DNA of 64,000 nt, taken from an uncultured Gemmatimonadales bacterium. GTDB lineage: Bacteria > Gemmatimonadota > Gemmatimonadetes > Gemmatimonadales > GWC2-71-9. The position numbers were made by a program, and so were the translations under genes. The DNA lies in NCBI GenBank assembly GCA_963739455.1, contig CAVUAK010000001.1, positions 1,984,001 through 2,048,000 on the forward strand, written 5' to 3'. The number at the start of each line of letters is the position of its first letter. The first letter of the stretch is position 1. Positions 25,204 to 33,868 of this stretch are shown in pieces. Below the pieces are notes generated by a model that worked only from the letters and a program-made list of their open reading frames with translations, was not told where the DNA came from and searched no databases.

Positions 25204-25794
25204 GTGAGCGTCATCGAGGCACTGGTCACCGAGTTGGCGCGCCTGCCCGGCATCGGGCGGAAGACGGCGCAGCGGCTCACGTTCCACTTGCTGCAGCAGC
25301 CTCCCGATCAGGTCGTTCGACTGGCCGCTGCCCTCCAGGTGGCTGCGGAGCGGGTGCGCCCCTGCGACACCTGCGGCAACCTCACCGAGTCCGTGCTCTG
25401 TTCCATCTGCGCCGACCCCCGTCGCGAGCCGACGCTGCTCTGTGTCGTCGAGGAGCCATCCGCGGTAGGGGTGGTCGACCGCGCGACCGGTTTTCGCGGG
25501 CGCTACCACGTCCTGGGGGGCCGCCTTTCACCGCTGGAAGGGGTGGGTCCCGAGGCGCTTCGCATGGACCAGCTGGTCCGCAGGGTGGAGCAGGACGGCG
25601 TGCTCGAGGTCATCCTCGCCACCAATCCCTCCATGGAGGGTGAGGTGACAGCCACCTACATTCAGCAGCTGCTGTCGGGACATGCTGTCCGGGTGACACG
25701 CCTTGCTCGCGGCCTCCCGATGGGTGGCGAGCTGGAGTATGTCGACACCGTCACGCTGGCACATGCGTTGACGGCCCGGCAGGACCTGCGTTGA
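25204..25794 (+). CDS. recR: Recombination mediator RecR
   Basis: LPGIGRKTAQRL, CDTCGN..CSIC, YHVLGGRLSP, ATNPSMEGEVTA, RLARGLPMGGELEY. Confidence 0.97.
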   Translation: MSVIEALVTELARLPGIGRKTAQRLTFHLLQQPPDQVVRLAAALQVAAERVRPCDTCGNLTESVLCSICADPRREPTLLCVVEEPSAVGVVDRATGFRGRYHVLGGRLSPLEGVGPEALRMDQLVRRVEQDGVLEVILATNPSMEGEVTATYIQQLLSGHAVRVTRLARGLPMGGELEYVDTVTLAHALTARQDLR

Positions 25795-26078
25795 TGCGCC
25801 TGCGTACCTGGGCGTTGCTGGGCGGTGCCCTGATTGGTGTGGCTGTTGCACGCGAGGTGAGCCGGAGGCGGGAGCGGTCGCATGGGGCCGACCTGTTTCA
25901 TGCCCGTGCGCCCATGCGGCACATGGCGTTGAGCTGGCTGGACCGGCATCCCAGCCGCGCCGCCTTGGCGCGACTACGGGAGTACATCGGATGGGAGCCG
26001 ATACCGATGCTGCAGCGCCGCGGGACCACGATCATTGAGCGGATGACGCGCACGCTCGGACAGGGGGACGCCGCATGA
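25791..26078 (+). CDS. Small membrane-anchored hypothetical protein
   Basis: Overlaps the recR stop and the mglB start; N-terminal hydrophobic helix followed by short amphipathic helices. Confidence 0.65.
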   Translation: MMRLRTWALLGGALIGVAVAREVSRRRERSHGADLFHARAPMRHMALSWLDRHPSRAALARLREYIGWEPIPMLQRRGTTIIERMTRTLGQGDAA

Positions 26079-26566
26079 GTGGCTCCTCCAGCTGGGCCTT
26101 CCGCGAGGAAGATGCGCGCCGCATCCAGAACATCCTCAGCGTGTTCCTGGCCGATTCGAGTGCCCGGACCGCGCTGATCGTGGATCGCACCGGCCAGCTC
26201 GTGTCCACCGTGGGTGAGCCGCCGGTGTTCGACTCGACGGCGTTTGCGACGCTCACCGCGGCCGACTTCAGTGCGAACGACCAGCTGGCGCGCATGCTGG
26301 GCGAGCCGGAGTTCGGCGCGCTGTTCCATCAGGGGGAGCGTGAGTCGATGTACCTTGCCGACGTGGCCCGGCGGGTCATCCTCGTCGTCCTGTTCGACAA
26401 TCGCACGACACTCGGCCTGGTGAAGCTGCGCGTGCGCACCACCGTGCCGGAGCTGGTCAAGGTGTTCGAGGACATGTTCAGCAGCCAGGGGAAGGCAAGC
26501 CAGCAGATGGAATCAGGGCTGCTGGGCGATGCCGAAGACGAGATCGACAAGCTGTTCGGGGTGTGA
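26075..26566 (+). CDS. mglB: Roadblock/LC7 domain protein MglB
   Basis: [49 protein letters not shown]; directly upstream of mglA. Confidence 0.92.
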   Translation: MSGSSSWAFREEDARRIQNILSVFLADSSARTALIVDRTGQLVSTVGEPPVFDSTAFATLTAADFSANDQLARMLGEPEFGALFHQGERESMYLADVARRVILVVLFDNRTTLGLVKLRVRTTVPELVKVFEDMFSSQGKASQQMESGLLGDAEDEIDKLFGV

Positions 26567-26579
26567 GGGAGCGTCGTCC

Positions 26580-27254
26580 ATGTCGATGATCAACTATGCG
26601 TCTCGCGAGATCAACTGCAAGCTCGTGTACTACGGGCCCGGTCTCGGCGGCAAGACGACCAATCTCGAGCACGTCTACCAGAAGGTGGCGCCCACGGCGC
26701 GGGGAAAGATGATTTCCCTCGCGACGGAAACGGAGCGCACACTCTTCTTCGACTTCCTCCCGGTGGACCTCGGCACCATCCGCGGGTTCAAGGTCAAGTT
26801 TCACCTCTATACCGTGCCCGGCCAGGTCTATTACAACGCCTCGCGGAAGCTGATCCTCAAGGGCGTGGATGGCGTCGTGTTCGTGGCCGACAGCCAGATC
26901 GAGCGGACGGAGGCGAACATCGAGGCGATGCAGAACCTGTACGACAACATGGTGCAGCACGGCTATGACCTCACCCGCATTCCCTTCGTCATCCAGTACA
27001 ACAAGCGCGACCTGCCCAATGCCGCGCCGATCGCCGAGCTGCAGGCGGCACTGAACCCGGGCTGGCCGGTCGAGGACCCGCAGAAGCAGCGCGTCACCGC
27101 GGACCCATTCCGGCCCGGCGAGTTCATCGTGCAGCAGCAGGACGGGCAATGGATCGAGCGCTCCCCGTACTTCGAGGCGGTCGCGATGACGGGCGAGGGA
27201 GTATTCGACACCCTGAAGGCCGTGAGCAAGCTCGTCGTCAAGACGCTGGGCTGA
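26580..27254 (+). CDS. mglA: Small GTPase MglA
   Basis: [63 protein letters not shown]. Confidence 0.95.
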   Translation: MSMINYASREINCKLVYYGPGLGGKTTNLEHVYQKVAPTARGKMISLATETERTLFFDFLPVDLGTIRGFKVKFHLYTVPGQVYYNASRKLILKGVDGVVFVADSQIERTEANIEAMQNLYDNMVQHGYDLTRIPFVIQYNKRDLPNAAPIAELQAALNPGWPVEDPQKQRVTADPFRPGEFIVQQQDGQWIERSPYFEAVAMTGEGVFDTLKAVSKLVVKTLG

Positions 27255-27919
27255 TGCCGCCGGCGGAGCTGTCCACGAAGACGTGGACCACCGCGAACAT
27301 CGTCACGCTGGTGCGGATCTGCTTCACGCCCGTCATCGCGCTCCTCCCGTTCATCGATGGATACTGGCCGAAGCTGATCTGCTTCATCGTGTTCGTGCTT
27401 GTGGCCTTCACCGACATGCTCGACGGCTACCTCGCGCGAAGCCGCGGCGAGGTGACGGACCTCGGCAAGCTGCTCGATCCCCTCGCCGACAAGCTGCTCC
27501 TCTTCGCTACCCTCATCCCGATCTACTGGATCTCGAAGGAACGCCAGGCGGAGTACGGCATCCCGGTGTGGGGCAGCATTCCCCTCTGGGCCACGCTGCT
27601 GATGATCGGGCGCGAGTTGGCGATGACGGTGTTCCGTCAGTGGGCCAAGGCGAGGGGCGTGGTGATCGCGGCCGGCGGGGCGGGCAAGCTCAAGGCGGTC
27701 TTCCAGAACATCTTCGTGGGCGCCGTGATTCTCTGGTTCGCCTTTCGCGATGCCCGGAAACCGCTTGGATGGGAAAACAACCGGTACGCCTACTTCTGGA
27801 ACCAGTTCCACGGCGGCTTCGTCGCGGTGACGCTGGTGATCGCGGTGGTACTGACGGTGTATTCGTTCGTTCAGTACCTGTATCGGAACCGGGCCCTGTT
27901 CAGCGCCGGTAGCAAGTAG
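27254..27919 (+). CDS. pgsA: CDP-alcohol phosphatidyltransferase (PgsA-like)
   Basis: TDMLDGYLAR..VTDLGKLLDPLADK, GKLK. Confidence 0.88.
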   Translation: MPPAELSTKTWTTANIVTLVRICFTPVIALLPFIDGYWPKLICFIVFVLVAFTDMLDGYLARSRGEVTDLGKLLDPLADKLLLFATLIPIYWISKERQAEYGIPVWGSIPLWATLLMIGRELAMTVFRQWAKARGVVIAAGGAGKLKAVFQNIFVGAVILWFAFRDARKPLGWENNRYAYFWNQFHGGFVAVTLVIAVVLTVYSFVQYLYRNRALFSAGSK

Positions 27920-27933
27920 TTCCTTCCCGCCGC

Positions 27934-29193
27934 ATGAAACTCGAGCTCCTCACCGTCGGCACCGAACTCCTCCTCGGCTTCACCGTCGATACCAACGGGG
28001 CGGAAATTGCGCGCGCGCTTGCGTCGATCGGTGTCGAGGTTGCACGGCGCACGTCCGTGGGCGATGACCGGGTCGCCATCCAGGACGCGATCGGCACGGC
28101 CCTCGATCGCACCGGGGCGGTCCTGGTGACCGGCGGGCTCGGTCCCACGCGGGACGACATCACCAAGCACGCCGTGGCCGACCTGCTCGGCCTGCCGCTT
28201 GAATTTCACGAAGAAATCTGGCAGGGCCTGCTCGAGCGTTTCCGCGGTCTTGGTCGCGAACCCTCGATGACGAATCGTTCGCAGGCCGAGGTGCCGCGTG
28301 GTGGCACGGTGCTTCGGAACCGATGGGGGACCGCACCCGGTCTCTGGCTCGATTCCCCGCGCGGCCTCGTCATCATGCTTCCCGGCGTGCCCATCGAAAT
28401 GCGCAACCTGCTGGCCCACGAGGTGGTGCCTCGCCTCGCTCCGCTTGGAGGGAAGCGCGTGGTGCGCTCGCTCACCGTTCGCACGACTTCCATTCCGGAA
28501 AGCACACTGGCCGAGCGATTGGGGGACATCGAGGACGCCGTGCGGCCACTCGGCCTCGCATATCTTCCCGGCCTCGAGGGGGTCGACCTGCGGCTCACCT
28601 CCTGGGGCGTTGACGAAACCGAGAGCGATGTGCGGCTCGTCGCCGCTGCGGAGGAACTGCGGCGACGCGCCGGCGAACATGTGTATGGAGAGGGCGAGGA
28701 GACGCTGGCTGGCATCGTGGTCGGGCTGCTCCGGGAGCGAGGCTGGACCATCGGTGTCGCAGAGTCATGTACTGGCGGTCTCCTCGGTGGCCGGCTTACC
28801 GATGTTGCGGGAAGTTCGGCCGTCTTCCGCGGAGGGGTCATCGCGTACGACAATGACGTGAAGGTCAGCGCGCTCGATGTCCCTGCAGAATGGCTGCACC
28901 TTCACGGTGCCGTCAGCGAACCAGTTGCGGCGGCGATGGCGGAGGGTGTGCGGCGCCGGCTGGCGGTGGATATTGGCGTCGGGATCACCGGGATTGCGGG
29001 GCCGGGCGGGGGATCGCCCGACAAGCCGGTGGGCACGGTGTGCCTGGCCGTCGCCGGACCGGTAGCCTCATGGTCCCGGCGCACGATCTTCCCCGGCAGC
29101 CGGCCCGAGGTCCGTGCCCGCGCGGTCCAGGCAGCCTTGTTCATGGTTCGACAGCGCCTCCTCCAAGGGGAGGTCGCGCAGGGTCCTGCCTAG
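27934..29193 (+). CDS. cinA: Competence/damage-inducible protein CinA (MoCF-like + NMN deamidase)
   Basis: VGTELLLG..DTNG, TGGLGPTRDD, GTAPG, LPGVP, AESCTGG, HGAVS, ITGIAGPGGGSPDKPVG. Confidence 0.93.
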   Translation: MKLELLTVGTELLLGFTVDTNGAEIARALASIGVEVARRTSVGDDRVAIQDAIGTALDRTGAVLVTGGLGPTRDDITKHAVADLLGLPLEFHEEIWQGLLERFRGLGREPSMTNRSQAEVPRGGTVLRNRWGTAPGLWLDSPRGLVIMLPGVPIEMRNLLAHEVVPRLAPLGGKRVVRSLTVRTTSIPESTLAERLGDIEDAVRPLGLAYLPGLEGVDLRLTSWGVDETESDVRLVAAAEELRRRAGEHVYGEGEETLAGIVVGLLRERGWTIGVAESCTGGLLGGRLTDVAGSSAVFRGGVIAYDNDVKVSALDVPAEWLHLHGAVSEPVAAAMAEGVRRRLAVDIGVGITGIAGPGGGSPDKPVGTVCLAVAGPVASWSRRTIFPGSRPEVRARAVQAALFMVRQRLLQGEVAQGPA

Positions 29194-29272
29194 CCGGCGT
29201 ACCCGGGTGGATGGTCACCCTGCCATTCCGACACCTCCTGACGGCATCTCCGTTGCTACTATCTTCCCGCTT

Positions 29273-29854
29273 ATGACCAGATTCCCCGATTTCATGGGCC
29301 CCTCCGGCCCCTCCGGCCCCTCCGGCCCCATCGATGGCCCCGGCACCCAGGCGGGCGATACGACCAGTCTTCCAGTCGAACCGGAGAGCTCCGCGATACG
29401 GAGGCTCGAGGAGGAGCTGGCTGAACTTCAGGATCGCCATGTTCGTCTTGCGGCCGAGTTCGATAACTATCGAAAGCGGTCCCTCAAGGAGCGGAACGAG
29501 CTGGGTGAGAGGGCCCAGGCGGCCCTTGTCGCCAAGCTGGTCGATGCGCTGGACGACCTTCACCGGGCCGTCAGCAGCGATCCTGCGACGACGCCGGTGG
29601 AGGCGCTCCGCGTGGCCATCAACGCCGTAGACCAGAAGGTCTGGAAGGAGCTCCAGGCGGCGGGCCTCGAGCGCATTGATCCCGTGGGGGCACCGTTCGA
29701 CCCGACGATGCAGGAGGCGGTGGGTATCGTGCCCACGGATTCGGCGGAACTGGAGCAGACCGTGGCGGCGACGTTCCAGGTCGGGTACCGGTTCAAGGGT
29801 GTCCTGGTGCGTCCCGCCCGCGTTCAGGTGTTCGCGGGGCAGGGTAACGCCTAG
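29273..29854 (+). CDS. grpE: Nucleotide exchange factor GrpE
   Basis: [35 protein letters not shown]. Confidence 0.93.
   Translation: MTRFPDFMGPSGPSGPSGPIDGPGTQAGDTTSLPVEPESSAIRRLEEELAELQDRHVRLAAEFDNYRKRSLKERNELGERAQAALVAKLVDALDDLHRAVSSDPATTPVEALRVAINAVDQKVWKELQAAGLERIDPVGAPFDPTMQEAVGIVPTDSAELEQTVAATFQVGYRFKGVLVRPARVQVFAGQGNA
29297..29329 (+). repeat. In-frame 9-bp tandem repeat (GGCCCCTCC, 3 full copies plus a partial) in the grpE N-terminus
   Basis: Encodes [11 protein letters not shown]. Confidence 0.9.
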
Positions 29855-30954
29855 TGGCGACTGGCGACTACTACCAGGTGCTGGGTGTCGCCGACAGCGC
29901 CACCCAGCAGGAGATCAAGAAGGCGTACCGGCGGCTGGCCAAGGAACATCATCCTGACGCCAACCCGAACAATCCGCAATCGGCCGAGCGCTTCAAGCAG
30001 ATCTCCGAGGCGCACGGTACGCTCTCCGATCCCGACAAGCGGAAGCAGTATGACCAGATGCGCCGGCTCGGCGCATTCGACACGCGTGCGCGGCGCCCAA
30101 GCGGTGGCCCGGGCACGCGCCCATCCGGGGGCCCGTCCGTCGAGGAGGAAATCGATCTCGGCGACATGAGTGGTCTCGGTGGGCTGGGCGACATCTTCTC
30201 CTCCATTTTCGGTCGCGGCCGGCGCGAGGAGCAGCAGGGCGAGACCATCGAGTCGACGCTGGAGGTGCCGTTCCGCACGGCCGTCCTGGGCGGCAAGATC
30301 GCGGTGACGATGCCGGTGACGGATGCCTGTCCCACGTGTCACGGCAGCGGTGGAGCCCCCGGGGCCAAGATCGAGACCTGCGACGAGTGCAACGGGCGCG
30401 GCACCATCTCCTTCGGTCAGGGCGGCTTTGCAGTGAATCGTCCGTGCCCCAAGTGCCGCGGCCGGGGCAAGATTCCCTCGAAGCCATGCCCCACCTGCCA
30501 CGGCGCGGGAGAGGTGCGTACGGAGCGCACGGTGACCATCACGGTGCCGCCGGGAAGCGAGACCGGCACTCGCGTGCGCCTGAAGGGGCAGGGTCAGCCC
30601 GGGCGCGGAAGTTCGCAGGCCGGCGACCTGATCATCACCTTCCATGTCCAGCCTGATCATTTCTTCGAGCGCGACGGAGACGACCTGCTGGTGGAAATCC
30701 CGATCAACGTCGCCCAGGCGATGCTCGGTACCAATGTGCGTGTGCGGACCATTGACGGGAAAAAGGTGTTGCTCAAGGTGCCGCCTGGCACCCAGCCTGG
30801 GCGGAAGTTCCGGATCAAGGGGCAGGGGGTGGAGCGGAACGGCAAGAGGGGCGACCAGCTCGTGCAGGTGAAGGTGACGCTGCCCGAGAAGCTCACGCCG
30901 GAGCAGGAAGAGCTGATGCGGAAGTTCGCCGAGGCGGGGGGGATGGCAGGCTAG
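29854..30954 (+). CDS. dnaJ: Molecular chaperone DnaJ
   Basis: J domain with HPD; four CxxCxGxG zinc repeats; C-terminal [13 protein letters not shown]. Confidence 0.96.
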   Translation: MATGDYYQVLGVADSATQQEIKKAYRRLAKEHHPDANPNNPQSAERFKQISEAHGTLSDPDKRKQYDQMRRLGAFDTRARRPSGGPGTRPSGGPSVEEEIDLGDMSGLGGLGDIFSSIFGRGRREEQQGETIESTLEVPFRTAVLGGKIAVTMPVTDACPTCHGSGGAPGAKIETCDECNGRGTISFGQGGFAVNRPCPKCRGRGKIPSKPCPTCHGAGEVRTERTVTITVPPGSETGTRVRLKGQGQPGRGSSQAGDLIITFHVQPDHFFERDGDDLLVEIPINVAQAMLGTNVRVRTIDGKKVLLKVPPGTQPGRKFRIKGQGVERNGKRGDQLVQVKVTLPEKLTPEQEELMRKFAEAGGMAG

Positions 30955-31518
30955 GTGGGTACGGGCAGGAGCGATGACGAAGTGGTTGCCGCCACGCGGG
31001 AATGGGTTGAAAAGGCCATCATCGGCCTCAACCTGTGCCCCTTCGCAAAGGCGGTGTACCTCAAGGAGCAGGTCCGCTTCATCGTGAGCCCGGCGCGCAC
31101 CACCGGCGCGTTGCGTGACGACCTGAGCGCGGAGCTCCGCTACCTCGCGGCGATGCCGGCCGAGGTGGTGGAGACGACGCTCCTGATCCACCCGCACGTG
31201 CTCACCGATTTCCTCGACTACAACGATTTTCTCGACATCGCTGAAGCCTCCGTGAACGACCTTGAGCTCGAGGGCGTGATCCAGGTCGCGAGCTTTCACC
31301 CTCGTTATCAATTCGAGGGCACCGATCCCGACGACGTGACGAACTACACCAATCGCTCGCCCTTTCCCCTGCTGCACCTGCTGCGCGAGGAGAGCATTGA
31401 GCGCGCTGTCGCTGCGTTTCCCGGAACTGAACAGGTTTACCTGAGGAACATCGACGCGATGCGGCGGCTGGGCCTGACGGGACTGGCTGCACTCGGACTC
31501 ATTCCCCGACTGGAATAA
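30955..31518 (+). CDS. DUF1415 family protein
   Basis: WVEKAIIGLNLCPFAK, ETTLLIHP, QVASFHP, NYTNRSPFPLLHLLRE. Confidence 0.88.
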   Translation: MGTGRSDDEVVAATREWVEKAIIGLNLCPFAKAVYLKEQVRFIVSPARTTGALRDDLSAELRYLAAMPAEVVETTLLIHPHVLTDFLDYNDFLDIAEASVNDLELEGVIQVASFHPRYQFEGTDPDDVTNYTNRSPFPLLHLLREESIERAVAAFPGTEQVYLRNIDAMRRLGLTGLAALGLIPRLE

Positions 31519-31522
31519 CTCG

Positions 31523-31795
31523 ATGCACACAATCAAGGTGCTTGCCGCCGGGTTCGCCCTGCTGGTGGCCTGCCTCCTGTTCGGGCGTTCCCTCGGACAA
31601 CCGGGCACAGGCCTGGTTCTCGGTGCCAAGCTTTTCGTGCCGTTGTGGCTCGTCGGCGCGGCGATCAACATGTGGATCGGTGTCTCGAGGGCCGGCTATT
31701 CCGTTGCTGACGAGGCGCCGGTTTTCCTGCTCGTGTTCGGGCTCCCGGCTGCAGTCGCGCTTCTGGTCGTCTGGCGCAGCGCGAGAGGCGCGTAA
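31523..31795 (+). CDS. Small integral membrane protein
   Basis: Three hydrophobic segments; NMWIGVSRAGYSVADEAP. Confidence 0.75.
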   Translation: MHTIKVLAAGFALLVACLLFGRSLGQPGTGLVLGAKLFVPLWLVGAAINMWIGVSRAGYSVADEAPVFLLVFGLPAAVALLVVWRSARGA

Positions 31796-31821
31796 CTGAA
31801 ATACTCCAAGGGGAGGGTGGA

Positions 31822-32118
31822 ATGATGAGAGGGAGTGCATTGGTGGCCGGCGGCGTGCTGTGTGCGGTGCTCGCGTGCCCTGGGGCGCTGATGGCGCAGC
31901 AGCCTACCGTATCCATTGATACCGACGGTCATGGAAACCTGTCCGCGGCCCAGGAATACGTCGCGATGGCGTGGAGGCGCATGGACAATGCGCAGCATGC
32001 CAACAACTACAACCTGGGCGGGCACGCAGAACGAGCCAAGGAACTGCTGGAGCAGGCCAATGCCGAGATAACTGCCGCCGCCGATCTGCTCAACGCGAGG
32101 CAGTTCCGCGAGAAGTAG
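31822..32118 (+). CDS. Small exported helical protein
   Basis: GGAGG RBS; signal peptide; HGNLSAAQ..LGGHAERAKELL. Confidence 0.7.
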   Translation: MMRGSALVAGGVLCAVLACPGALMAQQPTVSIDTDGHGNLSAAQEYVAMAWRRMDNAQHANNYNLGGHAERAKELLEQANAEITAAADLLNARQFREK

Positions 32119-32140
32119 CCCAGCCAGGACTCGCACCGCA

Positions 32141-32175
32141 CGGGGGTATCGACCGCAGTTCCGTCGGTACCCCCG
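32141..32175. terminator. Hairpin between convergent genes (likely terminator)
   Basis: CGGGGGTATCGAC / GTCGGTACCCCCG stem followed by CTTTCATT. Confidence 0.7.
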
Positions 32176-32188
32176 CTTTCATTGCCCT

Positions 32189-33643
32189 TTAGAGTGACTC
32201 CAGGAACTTTACGAGGGCGGTTCGCTCCTCCGCGGAAAATCGCTGCACCGCGCGACGCGACCGTTCGGCCTCACCCCCATGCCAGAGCACTGCCTCCATG
32301 AGCGAGCGCGCCCTGCCATCGTGCAGGAAGCGGCTGTGCCCATTCACAGTCTGGACCAGGCCCACACCCCAGAGTGGTGGCGTGCGCCATTCGCTACCGG
32401 TCGCCTTGAAGTCTGGACGGCCGTCGGCCAGGGCCTTGCCCATGTCGTGGATCAGCAGGTCGGTGAAGGGCTGGATCTGCTGGTTCGACACCTCGGGGAT
32501 GCCAGGCATGGTGCCTGTTCGTACCGACGGAAGGTGGCAAGAGGCGCATCCCACGCGGCGGAACAGCGCCTCGCCGGCAATGACCTGCCTGTCATTGAGG
32601 TTGCGACGCGCGGGGACACCAAGGGACTGGGTATAGAAGCCCACCGCTGCGACAATCGAATCGGAAACCTCGATCGGGTGGGCAGCGCATTCGGGCCGAT
32701 ACTCCTCGCATGACTCGCCCGGGAACAGCGTCGACGTGACGCCCATGTCACCGTTGTATGCCGCTGCGGCCTGCTGGATGAGGTTTGGCGTGTTCGCCTT
32801 CCATCCGAACCGGCCGATCGCTCGCGCCTGGCCGGTGACGAGGTCCTCCATGTAGTTGGGGCGGCCCGAGATGCCATCGCTGTTCCGGTCGCTCGGGTCG
32901 GCGTTCGACTCGATGGTCGAGGCCGGGATCGCCTCGAGCAACCCGAGCCCGAACACGACCGGGGCCACGCGAGGCGAGAACATCAGCGTGGCAGGCAGCG
33001 CCGCATAGACGCCGGTGAGGGTATAGCGCGGTGACTGGAGCGTGAAGGGCGTGCCGTCGGCGAAGGTGCCGCCCGAGTCCACGTAGGTGATGGATGCGGC
33101 GAGCTCGGGCTGGGAACCAGCCACAGCGCGCATCTGCAGCTGGCTGCCAAAACCGGGCACCGGCGCAGGTGCTTCCGCGCCGCGTGGGTTGCTGCGTCGC
33201 CCCGATCGCATGATGCCTGGCACGCTCGCCCGGAACAGCATGGACGCGAACGCTTCCCCCTGCTCCGGGGGCCTGCCCCTGCCATCAGCGAAATGGCAGG
33301 CCTCGCACGATTCGTTGTCGAACACGGGACCGAGCACGCCGGGCGCGAAGATCTCCTCGAAGCCGAGGTCGCCGACATCGTGCTTCACCAGTGAAGCGGC
33401 ACCGAGGTTGGGAGCGGCGTGGCCGAAAGCCTCGCCCGTGATGTCGAACACGGTGGTGGCGCCGCCGGCGTAGGCGTTCCGGTTGCGGTCGTTGCGGACC
33501 AGGCTCAGTTCATCGTCGGTGATCGGGCCGTCGGCCGCGGCTGGAGTATCTGCCGGCTGTTCGGGGGCGGAGGGGGGCGACTCGCTGCTGCACGAGGCAG
33601 CGGCGAAAAGCACAATGGTCAGGAATGCTCGGGACATGAGCAT
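32189..33643 (-). CDS. Di-haem oxidoreductase family (DHOR) lipoprotein
   Basis: Two CxxCH motifs (CEACH, CASCH), FGLGLLEAI, GRFGWKA, WRTPPLWG, LHDGRAR; lipobox-like AAASC; AGGAGG RBS. Confidence 0.9.
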   Translation of the reverse strand: MLMSRAFLTIVLFAAASCSSESPPSAPEQPADTPAAADGPITDDELSLVRNDRNRNAYAGGATTVFDITGEAFGHAAPNLGAASLVKHDVGDLGFEEIFAPGVLGPVFDNESCEACHFADGRGRPPEQGEAFASMLFRASVPGIMRSGRRSNPRGAEAPAPVPGFGSQLQMRAVAGSQPELAASITYVDSGGTFADGTPFTLQSPRYTLTGVYAALPATLMFSPRVAPVVFGLGLLEAIPASTIESNADPSDRNSDGISGRPNYMEDLVTGQARAIGRFGWKANTPNLIQQAAAAYNGDMGVTSTLFPGESCEEYRPECAAHPIEVSDSIVAAVGFYTQSLGVPARRNLNDRQVIAGEALFRRVGCASCHLPSVRTGTMPGIPEVSNQQIQPFTDLLIHDMGKALADGRPDFKATGSEWRTPPLWGVGLVQTVNGHSRFLHDGRARSLMEAVLWHGGEAERSRRAVQRFSAEERTALVKFLESL

Positions 33644-33868
33644 CCTCCTGTGGTGGGTGCCGCGGCACGCGGCGCCAGTTGTGAAGAGAAGTACGCGGGG
33701 TCGGCAGCGCGGGGGTTCCGTCAGCACCGACGGTCGCACGATGGGCCGCGATGGAGGGTCGCGCTACCCGCAACTTTCTGACAGTGAATGGAAAAAGCCG
33801 GAAGTGTCGAACATGTGCACGCGATCGCGTGCGCCACATCACGCTTGGAGGACTGGCCCCGGAGATTG

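Noticed and set aside
29297..29329. grpE tandem repeat as a phase-variation switch
   Set aside because: The 9-bp unit preserves frame and lies in the disordered N-terminus
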